From assembly GCA_934754375.1 (NCBI GenBank), contig CAKVHT010000002.1:11257-75256 (forward strand): a stretch of DNA of 64,000 nucleotides. The letters are read 5' to 3'. The notes below the pieces were generated by a model, which did not search any database, was not told the origin of the DNA, and saw nothing but the letters and a program-made list of their open reading frames with translations. Position 1 is the stretch's first letter. Each line of letters starts with the position of its first letter. The translations under genes and the position numbers were made by a program. The stretch is from an uncultured Clostridia bacterium (GTDB lineage: Bacteria > Bacillota > Clostridia > Christensenellales > UBA1242). Below, piece by piece: positions 27,508-36,700 of the stretch.

Positions 27508-28280
27508 CTTTCGAAATAAACATTGATTTCCATTGTGAAGTTATCAGTTGTTAAAGTCTCTTCGTACGCATTGTCTAGAACGACACCGTTGAATAAGTCT
27601 ATGCGTCTGCCACCAGCAATGGCTGAGTTGCTAACATACTTTCCGTCCTCGGTCGAATGGAACAAATCGTGATTGTATTCATAAGCAAAAGTGTTGTTAA
27701 GTTTTACACCTGCTTGGAAAACTTCAATTGTGAAATAAACGTTATAGTTGCCAGAAGAATGAATATCAATGTCTGTATCAATAAGATAGACCCTGTTGCC
27801 TTTCACACCAATTGGCGTACGGAACTTGTTCAACTGTTGACCGTCGACATAACAATCAGCAGACACGTTGCCATGCACTTTGATTTCGCAGTTATTAACC
27901 ATACGTTGAATACCAACGATAACCGCAATTGTTGTGATTGCCGCAACAAGCAAAATTATAAGAGTAATAATAACAAATCGGTTACGTGTAACACGGCTTC
28001 GATATTGTTTTAAGTTGTTTTCGTTGATAGTTTCCAAGTCATCAATACTGATGTTTGATGATTTTAAATGGTCTTTTGTTTTTTGTTTCTTTTTAGCAAT
28101 TGGCTTTTGTGCCTGGGTTTCACTTAAAGTGCTTTTTGGCACAATAGGTGTTTGCCTTGCTGAGATTGTTTCGCTTGGGGTTTGTGGTGGTACTGGTCTG
28201 CTAGCGGATGAAAAATTAGGCGCAGATGATTGCGTCGGTCTTGATTGTAAATTTGGTGAATTTATATCTTTTTCTGCCAT
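27501..28280 (-). CDS. Bitopic membrane protein (259 aa) with a Pro/Ser/Gln-rich N-terminal tail and a beta-rich C-terminal ectodomain
   Basis: SD GGGGAGA. About 100 aa of low complexity (SRPTQSSAPNFSSASRPVPPQTPSE), then a single TM FVIITLIILLVAAITTIAVIVGI, then ~140 aa. Last gene of the SipW operon. Confidence 0.65.
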   Translation of the reverse strand: MAEKDINSPNLQSRPTQSSAPNFSSASRPVPPQTPSETISARQTPIVPKSTLSETQAQKPIAKKKQKTKDHLKSSNISIDDLETINENNLKQYRSRVTRNRFVIITLIILLVAAITTIAVIVGIQRMVNNCEIKVHGNVSADCYVDGQQLNKFRTPIGVKGNRVYLIDTDIDIHSSGNYNVYFTIEVFQAGVKLNNTFAYEYNHDLFHSTEDGKYVSNSAIAGGRRIDLFNGVVLDNAYEETLTTDNFTMEINVYFERA

Positions 28281-28292
28281 AATCTCCCCTTT

Positions 28293-30047
28293 TTAAATGG
28301 TAACACTTTCAACCACAATTTCCATATAAATGCTGTTGCCACCCAAAAGATTTGCAACACTGCTGAATTCTATTGAAAATGACTGCATCAAATATTTGCT
28401 TGTGACTGCCGTACTGGTTGCAGGTTCAAACATCACATTTTGACCTGAACTGTTTTTGTAGTAATAGTAGCCGTCAGTTGAATTATATACAAAACCATTT
28501 GTTGAACTTGTTGGTGCTGTCATACCCGCAATTGATGATGTAAGTAAAACCTTGCCATTTAATGTTGTTGCATAGAAATTAACTTTGTATCTAATGCCAA
28601 AAGATGAACCTAAATCTTCATTTTTAAGCAACAATTTAAGTTGATTTTGAGTGCCTTCGCCCCCTGATGTAAATGTTCCAGTGCCAGCATTTGTATAAAA
28701 TTTGCTTTCCACAAGATCATACATGCCAACGGTTCCACTTCCATTTACACAAGCAACAAAATCTCTTATCAAAACATTGCTTGTGTTGTAAACTTTGACA
28801 CTTGAGGCATTCCAGTTTGCAGACCAAGCAGTATCTTGCCAACAGCCGAAAGAGACCACTTTTGTTGAAGTGTTAGGATTAACTTTCAACTTTAAATGTT
28901 TAAGTCCATTGTTTGTTAACTGGCTCTTTGTATAGTTTGTTGATAATACTGTGCCTGTTATTCCATTAAATACAATACCTTCAGAGCCTGCATAGATATA
29001 TGGTGCGGTTGGATAACTTGAAAACAACATAGGGTTATAAGTGGGATCCGTTGTAAATTCTATTTCACACTCCAACATACCAACATTTTTCCACTCCACA
29101 CCTGTGTTTATACTTGCAGTTTTTGTTGAAGCCTCCCCATGATTTGCCGTCACATAGTTAATTGAGTTGTATCCTGTTGGCAAATCATTTAATGTAACCT
29201 TGTTGTTTGTTTTGTTTGTTGTGTTATATGCTAGGCTAACACCTGCGCCTGAAATTTGTTCCGCACCAGCTGTAAATGTTCCTGTGCCTTGGTTGGTGTA
29301 AAATTTATCTTCAACTAAATCATACATACCAATCGTTCCACTTGAATTTTTGGCTGGAACAAGATTTCGCACCAAGATACCATTATTATATATCTTGAAA
29401 TTATACAACTTCATACATGACTCATTGCCCAGTCCTGAAAATATACCATTTGAGTAAGATTGATATGACATAAATAAAATCATTGGTTTGGCAGTAAAAG
29501 TAGATACTGAAACTCCTGTGTTATATTCCTTTTCATTTAAAGTCGCCAAATCCACTTGATTCCTAAATCGGTATCTTGTTTTTGTTTTGACAGTTAAATT
29601 GGTGGTTATTTGTCTATTGTTATAATCCACCCTAATTGTATCAGGAAGAACAAAGGCTGTGAAACTATTTGAATTCATACTTGTGCGAGAACAATATAAT
29701 GCTTGATTTTTTGATACAGTAAACATAAAATCCATATCAATTGATGTGCTGCCGTTTGCTGTATAACCTGTATCAATATACTGCGTGCCAGTGGACTCAA
29801 TATACTCAAGTTGAGTGTAGCCGGTTGGAAGAGACTTTGAAAGCAGTGTTTGTGTGCCGGCGGAATCTTCTTGATAAACATTTAGGTTGGCCTCACCTGT
29901 TTTGATAACTGTGTTGATTGTCTTTTTATCCGCACTGCTATCTGTGAACCATGCCCCTGTAACATTCACAATAGAAAACAAAAGACTTATCAGTAAAACA
30001 AATACTGATAAGATCATAATCAAGTTCGACCCCTTTTTGTTTATCAT
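28293..30047 (-). CDS. Secreted protein (584 aa) with a SipW-class signal peptide and two tandem LPTGY...GMYDLV..KFYTN.GTGTF modules
   Basis: ATG at 30047 is preceded by AGGAGA. Signal MINKKGSNLIMILSVFVLLISLLFSIVNVTGA|WFTDSS. Internal duplication at aa 73-261 and 289-462. The track start at 30128 overlaps the upstream gene and was rejected. Confidence 0.8.
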   Translation of the reverse strand: MINKKGSNLIMILSVFVLLISLLFSIVNVTGAWFTDSSADKKTINTVIKTGEANLNVYQEDSAGTQTLLSKSLPTGYTQLEYIESTGTQYIDTGYTANGSTSIDMDFMFTVSKNQALYCSRTSMNSNSFTAFVLPDTIRVDYNNRQITTNLTVKTKTRYRFRNQVDLATLNEKEYNTGVSVSTFTAKPMILFMSYQSYSNGIFSGLGNESCMKLYNFKIYNNGILVRNLVPAKNSSGTIGMYDLVEDKFYTNQGTGTFTAGAEQISGAGVSLAYNTTNKTNNKVTLNDLPTGYNSINYVTANHGEASTKTASINTGVEWKNVGMLECEIEFTTDPTYNPMLFSSYPTAPYIYAGSEGIVFNGITGTVLSTNYTKSQLTNNGLKHLKLKVNPNTSTKVVSFGCWQDTAWSANWNASSVKVYNTSNVLIRDFVACVNGSGTVGMYDLVESKFYTNAGTGTFTSGGEGTQNQLKLLLKNEDLGSSFGIRYKVNFYATTLNGKVLLTSSIAGMTAPTSSTNGFVYNSTDGYYYYKNSSGQNVMFEPATSTAVTSKYLMQSFSIEFSSVANLLGGNSIYMEIVVESVTI

Positions 30048-30054
30048 TGCTCTC

Positions 30055-30714
30055 CTATGGAAGCAAACCAGCCGCAGTGCTACCCCATAAGGCTGTAACA
30101 GCGGTTTTGTTTGCTTGGACAGCCTCATAACTGATTGTTATTTTAAGATAACTATCTGTTAAATCTGCTGGTGCAGAAATTGAAATTGTTGCGCCTGTTG
30201 CGAAGTCATAACAATCGGCTGAAGCTGAAATAACTGATTGAATATAATAGTAACCATCAGTATCAGTAACAACTGATGATGTTTTTGTTAAAATGATATA
30301 ACTGCCATAATTTGTGGTGTCTGATGAAGCTGTGTAACTATTGCCAGATTTTTCCATTTTGTAAGCATTTACTTTGAAACGAACATAGCCGTCACAATTG
30401 TTCACATTTGGCATAATTCCCAAACTTGTGATTGTTTGTGTGCCATCGCTGGTTTTAAACCCGAAAGACACACCACGCAATAAGTTGACTGTGTCTGGAT
30501 TAACTGTAAATTCAGTTTCCCCAGTTGATGTTGCCTGATTATTGCCAGATGTTTTATAACCAAATGTATATTTCATTTCATAAAAAGTTAAACCGCCCTC
30601 CACTGTTGCACGTGCTGTAAAATAAGCATAAACAACATTGAAACCACACAAAAACACAAATACTAACATGAGTATTTTGCCAAATATATTAATTGTTTTG
30701 TTGGTTTTTTTCAT
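30055..30714 (-). CDS. TasA/camelysin-like secreted protein (219 aa) with a SipW-class signal peptide
   Basis: Signal MKKTNKTINIFGKILMLVFVFLCGFNVVYA|YFTARAT. Size and position next to sipW match TasA-family subunits. SD AAAGGAA. The fold was not verified. Confidence 0.7.
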   Translation of the reverse strand: MKKTNKTINIFGKILMLVFVFLCGFNVVYAYFTARATVEGGLTFYEMKYTFGYKTSGNNQATSTGETEFTVNPDTVNLLRGVSFGFKTSDGTQTITSLGIMPNVNNCDGYVRFKVNAYKMEKSGNSYTASSDTTNYGSYIILTKTSSVVTDTDGYYYIQSVISASADCYDFATGATISISAPADLTDSYLKITISYEAVQANKTAVTALWGSTAAGLLP

Positions 30715-30731
30715 GGCAATTCCTTTTATGA

Positions 30732-33107
30732 TTATCTATACAATGCCTGATAGTTTGCAAGCACTGCTGTTGGCCAACCTGCAGTTGTCAATTCTGCACT
30801 TGAAATAAGCATACCAGTTGTGTCTTCAATTGTGCTTGCTGAAATAACTGTGTCAGTTGCTGTGACTGAAACTGGAATAATTTGACCTGGACGAATAAGC
30901 CCTGCGAAATATGAATATCCAGCATTTGTGAAGAAATAACCATTGCTATCTGTAACTGTGCCATTGAAGCGCAAATAATATGACTTTGTTGTTGAATTGT
31001 TGATAAAATATGCCTCACCTGTTGTTTCATTCACAAATTGAACATCTGCGACACTGCTTTCAACCGTGCCTGTTAATGTGTAGTTACTGAAATCGTAAAT
31101 TTGTGCTGATGTAACAGTCATTGTGCCCATCAAAACTTTTTCACCCGGATTGATTTGGCTTGAAATTGTTTTGGTTGTTGGGTTTGCGGCAGTTTGCCAG
31201 CCCGCAAATATGTAATATTTTGTGCTTGAACTCCATGCTGAATTTGTGTTTTGAACATAGTTTGAGCCATTATAGATGTAATATTTCCAATAGTTTCTAT
31301 CCCAATTTGCTGGGGCTGTTGTTTGATTGTTACCTGAAAATTCAGTCATGCCCAATTGGGTGCTATAATAATTATAACTAACCGACAAGCTTAAACCAGA
31401 AAGAACGTTTGTGGAAAGATTTTTTGCATACAATTTTGCTGTTGTACCTGAAATTTCAGTTTCCAAAACCAATTGGCTATCATCAGCGGTTGAAGTTGTG
31501 GCTGTGATTGTTGGCACAAGTTCAATCCAAACGTCACTGCCTGCATAGGCTGAATTTGCAGCGACAATATCAGCCAAAAGACCATTGGCAATTTGGAACC
31601 TTGTGCAGATTGTCATTGCTGAATATGGTGCAATGATTTGACCGCTGTTTTTGCTTCCGCCTGTAGGTATTGTAACCCTTGTGGTTGACGTGAACACATC
31701 ACGAGCCCAGTGTGTTGAATTAGCAAAGTCATAAATTTTCCCGTATTCCGCTGTTGCATTACCATTGCTGATATAAACTTTGATTGCATAACTAGCACTC
31801 ACTGAAAGTTTGTTTGCAGTGTTGTTTACCACACGAATTTGTGTTTTGAATGTTTCAGCACCTGTTGCTGTTGATTGATACAATGCAGCATCGTATTTTG
31901 AAGTGTTTATAACTGAATAACTGCTTGTTGGCATTGTTGCTGTGATTGAACTATCTGTGATTGTTGTGATTGTTGCTGTACCGATGCCATTTCTTGTTGT
32001 GATATTGCCCAATTCGTTGAGATTGACAATTGTTTCAATATGGAAGTTTGAATAATCTGCATTTGAATAATAACCACGTGTTACAACTTCAACCGAATCC
32101 AAAATATCCACATACACCGCGGTGTGTGCTGGAATAATGTAACTATAAGTCCTTATCTCTTGCACTTGGGTGTTATCGCTTGGATATGTTTCATTTGTCC
32201 AGTTGTCAGCAAAGTCATATTTGATTGTGTTGTTTACAACATGGACGTCACTTGGCGAAGTCGAACCTGAGTCAGCAACCCAGTTGCCAACTGCACGAGC
32301 TTTGATTTTTACTGTGCTTGCACCTGTTATAATATAAGCACCAACGCCAACATAATTTTTGTTGCCAAATATCTTTTTGATTGCTGTTGTTGTTGCCTCG
32401 CTGTTGCCTTGTTCAAGATTGGTTACACTGCCAGATCTGAATGCTGTTTTACCCTCTGGCGCTTTTGGTTTATAACTGCCTTTATCTGTTTGATTGTACA
32501 TCACAACAAAAGCATCCGTGCCTGTGTAACTGCTTGCTTTTCTAGCTTGATATTCCGCATAAGCTGAACCCGCTGTGCCAGATTGGTCAAGAGTTTCACT
32601 TTCTTTTACAATTTTAACATTTGTGATATTGATTTTTAACGATTTGTTGTTATAAGTTTCATCATAACAATCAACAAAGTTAACACCAACAATGATTGGC
32701 AGTTTACCTGTGCCTTTTTGAACTGTATCACGATAATATATCCTGCCGTTATCCACAATCCAAGCATTTCTATTTGAAAAGTTCAATATTACATTAGAGC
32801 TATCTAAACCGCCTGTCCATTCAAGACTATATTCAACATAAAATTTAAAGTTGTAATCATAAGAATATTGTAAAGCAATTTCATATTCTTTTGCACCATC
32901 GCCGAATGGTATGCCGTTTGGCAAACTATCATTGACAATTTGATAACTTTGATTTGGCAAATACATTCCTGTTGCGTAGCCTGAATTGTGGCTTTTGCTC
33001 CAACTAAATGCCGCATAAACGACACTGGTTGTAAATGCAAAAACTGCGCCCAATAAGACGCATAGTATTTTTATTAGATTGCCTTGTTTTTTCTTTTTTG
33101 CAATCAT
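30732..33107 (-). CDS. Large secreted protein (791 aa): SipW-class signal peptide, TasA-like N-terminal module, ~600-aa Thr/Ser/Asn-rich extension
   Basis: Signal MIAKKKKQGNLIKILCVLLGAVFAFTTSVVYA|AFSWS. SD AGGGGG. Sits 39 nt downstream of sipW. Confidence 0.8.
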   Translation of the reverse strand: MIAKKKKQGNLIKILCVLLGAVFAFTTSVVYAAFSWSKSHNSGYATGMYLPNQSYQIVNDSLPNGIPFGDGAKEYEIALQYSYDYNFKFYVEYSLEWTGGLDSSNVILNFSNRNAWIVDNGRIYYRDTVQKGTGKLPIIVGVNFVDCYDETYNNKSLKINITNVKIVKESETLDQSGTAGSAYAEYQARKASSYTGTDAFVVMYNQTDKGSYKPKAPEGKTAFRSGSVTNLEQGNSEATTTAIKKIFGNKNYVGVGAYIITGASTVKIKARAVGNWVADSGSTSPSDVHVVNNTIKYDFADNWTNETYPSDNTQVQEIRTYSYIIPAHTAVYVDILDSVEVVTRGYYSNADYSNFHIETIVNLNELGNITTRNGIGTATITTITDSSITATMPTSSYSVINTSKYDAALYQSTATGAETFKTQIRVVNNTANKLSVSASYAIKVYISNGNATAEYGKIYDFANSTHWARDVFTSTTRVTIPTGGSKNSGQIIAPYSAMTICTRFQIANGLLADIVAANSAYAGSDVWIELVPTITATTSTADDSQLVLETEISGTTAKLYAKNLSTNVLSGLSLSVSYNYYSTQLGMTEFSGNNQTTAPANWDRNYWKYYIYNGSNYVQNTNSAWSSSTKYYIFAGWQTAANPTTKTISSQINPGEKVLMGTMTVTSAQIYDFSNYTLTGTVESSVADVQFVNETTGEAYFINNSTTKSYYLRFNGTVTDSNGYFFTNAGYSYFAGLIRPGQIIPVSVTATDTVISASTIEDTTGMLISSAELTTAGWPTAVLANYQALYR

Positions 33108-33146
33108 GCTAAAAACCCCCTGTTTTTGCTTTCATTCTGTTTGATA

Positions 33147-33764
33147 TTAATATACCAGCCTTTTTGCATTGCGCATTTCAATTTCGTTTTGCGCAACATA
33201 AGTGAAGCACCACAAACCTAAAATGATTGTGATAAACAACATTTTATGTTCGGCTATAAAATCCACATAACTGCCATAATTTGCAATGTTGGTTACAACT
33301 TTGCCTTCTATTTGATTTGCTGATACATATTGATACAATGCTGATGCTTCTGTCCTGACTTGTCCCAAAGACTTATCTTTAATTGCGTCAGCTTCTTGTT
33401 GCCATGTCCAGCCATCTTCTGCTGAACCATATTGGAAACCTACATTGTCGCCATGACAGATATACACATCATCTTTGATTGCAATAAGGCGGTGAACTGT
33501 TGGCAAGTTACCTGAACCAGTTTGGTCAAATTTAAGCACATCGCCAACTTTATACTCTTTTGCAGAGTGCACAACCACCATGTCCCCAACTTTGATTTCT
33601 GGCTCCATACTGCCAGTTAAAACTTTGTATGGCCTAAAGTGAAAGGCATATACAAATATAAGGCAAATTGCCAAAATAATCACAATACCAATTGCAAGAT
33701 TATATATAAGTTGTTTTGTAAATTTAAATGCTTTATTTTCTAAAATCTGATCGTTGTAATTCAT
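33147..33764 (-). CDS. sipW: Signal peptidase I, SipW (ER/archaeal) type
   Basis: 205 aa. N-terminal TM, Ser box TGSMEPEIKVGD, His box PTVHRLIA (a Ser/His rather than Ser/Lys enzyme), HGDN, and an extra C-terminal TM MLFITIILGLWCFTYVA as in SipW. Its SD overlaps the stop of the 3,012-aa gene. Confidence 0.88.
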   Translation of the reverse strand: MNYNDQILENKAFKFTKQLIYNLAIGIVIILAICLIFVYAFHFRPYKVLTGSMEPEIKVGDMVVVHSAKEYKVGDVLKFDQTGSGNLPTVHRLIAIKDDVYICHGDNVGFQYGSAEDGWTWQQEADAIKDKSLGQVRTEASALYQYVSANQIEGKVVTNIANYGSYVDFIAEHKMLFITIILGLWCFTYVAQNEIEMRNAKRLVY

Positions 33765-33772
33765 ATTTCCCC

Positions 33773-36700
33773 TTAATCAATTTGTGTACAACCAGTTGGA
33801 TTGTAATTATTTTGGCTTGATCCGCCATAAATACCCATCAATTCAACAGATTTATAATCTGAACTGAATTGTGTTTTGTTTGTGAATGTTTGATTGATTT
33901 TGCAATTTGATATGCTTGCCATCGTGCCATTGTTTGATGTAACATACCCTGTCACAAAACCGATATATAATTTGTTGCTGTTTGAAATTGACAAATTGAA
34001 TTGCAATTTGATTGTGCAATCATCAATTGAGCCACCTTGCATTTGTCCAACCAATCCACCAAGATTTGTTGTTTCAAGTGCTGTGTGATTGAATGCACCC
34101 AGCACTGTGCAACCAGTGATATTTACATTGATTGCATCGCCAACCAAACCACCAAAGTTATCTGCGTAGATATTTGTTGTTTGGCTGATTGTTGATGTTG
34201 CATTGCTGATTTCTGCAGTTGTTGAGCCGTTGTTTGCCATATAACCAGCCACACCACCAATTGCTTTAAACCTGCGATTTGTGTTGCTTTGTGTTACTGA
34301 CAATGACACACTTGTTGCCCTTGACACACTGCTTGCAACTTTGACACCTTTTGCATAAGCGGAGATGCCACCAACATATACACTGCCTGAAGTTGAAACG
34401 AAATCTGCTTGTACTTCAACATTAAGATTAACTATACAACCTTCAAAAGTTGTATTGACAGCTTCGCCAACCAAACCTGCAATATAGGCATTGCTTAACA
34501 ACGCATAATTGCCAGCAAGTTGAATTGTTGCATTGACAACACTAATATTTGACAATGTTGCATTGGTTGAATCCATTGCTATCAATGATGATTTTAACAC
34601 ATTTGTCTGTCTTTGTGCAAATGTATTGACGAATTTTGTTGGATTATTGTCAGTTTCCGCAATATTTAAGTTTTTAATTGTTGCATTTTCAAGTTGTCTA
34701 AACAACGAGATACCTGCAAAGTTAGAAACTTGACTATTTGAGACATCAACATTTGTCATGCCAAACAATGAGAAATCTTTACCATCAAGCACACCAGTAA
34801 ATTTGTTTGCAATGATTGCACCATTTGCGTTGATTTGTTTTGCCATATCAACTGATGACATATTAATGGCTTGTACAAGTTCAAAATGTTTATTTGGTTT
34901 TAATGTAATGTTAAGCAATTGACTTGCATTTGCTATGCCATAAGGTGTGGTTTCACTGCCGTCACCTGATGCAAAATAATTGAAGTCAATGTCTGCGTAA
35001 GGTGTCGCAACTGATGTTAAACTATCTTTACGAACCACACTTACTGATAATTGTGTATATTTACCAGCTGTTGTCAACGGATAAACATAATAGATTTTTC
35101 CTTCAATCTCTTGCATATAGTTTGTGTCGCCATTGTTGATTTCAACAACTTCCACAGTTGAATCTCCCAAACTGCTACCTGCACCATTGAAGGTGTATTT
35201 TGCAATGTTATAAGAAATCCTTAACTTATCGTTTGTTTTGAAGTCTTCGGCAATTGGGATATACAAACTTAAATTTGTTTCATCAAATCTAATTTCGCCA
35301 ACCGGTTGAGGACGTTCATTTGAACCTGTGAAAACATAAACCCCGCCATTGAACACCTTGCCAGTGTCAACACCAACTGCTTGAATTTTGATGGTGTAAC
35401 TGCCTGTCAATTGTTCTGGTGCAACACATTTTAATTCTTGAGTTGCCAAAACAGTTTGTTCACTTGTTGATTCTGCCCCTGAACTGTCTGTCCACTCAAA
35501 TGTCACTTTATAACCTTGAGCATTTTCAACTGCTTGCCAGCTTATATAGTCATCTTTTTCTGTCGCACCTGTAACTGTTGCAAGTTTTGTAAAGCCTGTA
35601 GCACTATTAGATTGCATTGATGATATATAGTCTGCGCCAACAGCTTTTATCACAATTGAATAACTGCCAGTTTCAAGCAAATTGCCATAATTATCTGCTG
35701 TAATTGTAAAATCAATTTGAGGATTAACTGTTGTAAACGTGTAGGTTTTTGCACCTGTCAACACAACAATATATTGATTGATGTGTGCTTGGTCTAAATG
35801 CTCCCAAACAAGCACACCGTTATTGGAAACAATAACATCAGGTGAAACCTTGCTAAGCCTTACCATATCTTGAGCATCAGTATAATTGCTGTTCAAAATT
35901 TCAATGTCGTTTGTGCTATCATATTTGCCAAGTGTCAACAATTTGATTGTGTAATTGCCCGCATTGATTTTGCTTTTGCCAATGCCGTCAATACATGTAT
36001 ATTCGTTGTCACTGATTTCGTAGTAATAATACTCTGCACCATCAAACTCTTTTTTAAGAGTTCTATCTTTGGTAATGGTTTCTTCAATAACTCTGCCATC
36101 TTCAAATTCTATTCTAATGACTGTGCCGTTGTAATTTGCTTCGTCCTTAACTCGCCATACAATCACACCTTGTTTTATGCCAACATAATCAAGGCCTTTT
36201 GATTTTTCAATATTTGTAACTTTATCTTCATCATTGGTTTTCACAAAGGTTGCATTCAAAATGCCTGTATCTTTTTCTTCTGTTTGAATGGCACGCACTT
36301 TGATACCAAATTTTTTGCCGTTAATCAAACTGATTTTTTCTATAACATTTTGTTCGCCATCAACACGAGTTGCTTCAACAGTTTCAGGCAAAACATAAGT
36401 TAAAACATTGTTTGATATTGACACACCTTCACTGTATTGATTGATTTTAAAATTATATTCACTTGTTGAACCTGCATTGTTAAGGTCTTTAACGACAAAT
36501 TCATAATCAGTGATGTAAGTTTTAATTTTATCGTTAAGCACATAAGCAAGGTCAAATTGCAGTTTGCCTGAATTTACTTGCAAGTATGTGTTTGATAAAC
36601 GTTTAAACGGATAACTTGTGCTAGGCACACGTGCATTTAACAAATATCTTGAATCAAGATTTTCAGTTCCAACACCAGCAAGAGTTCGAATTTTTATCGA

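Noticed and set aside
28662-29831. LPTGY/FYTN-GTGTF modules considered as evidence of a prophage tail-fibre gene
   Set aside because: There are no capsid, portal, terminase, tape-measure, integrase or lysis genes anywhere in the window. The protein has a SipW-class signal and sits inside the sipW operon.
30048-30128. Upstream-extended starts given by the track: 30128 for the 584-aa gene, 26702 (SufB/D-like), 52861 (dnaI), 58052 (GT2), 61066, 63311 and 44606
   Set aside because: The extensions begin at TTG or other alternative codons, overlap the preceding gene, RBS or promoter, and precede an ATG with a proper SD (or, for 44570, a consensus promoter). The downstream ATGs were used instead.
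33776-33805. NPTG near the C-terminus of the 3,012-aa protein (..NNYNPTGCTQID), and a general search for LPXTG sortase signals in both giant proteins
   Set aside because: No hydrophobic segment plus positive tail follows the motif, and no LPXTG-type signal was seen at either C-terminus. Both proteins have N-terminal lipoboxes instead.
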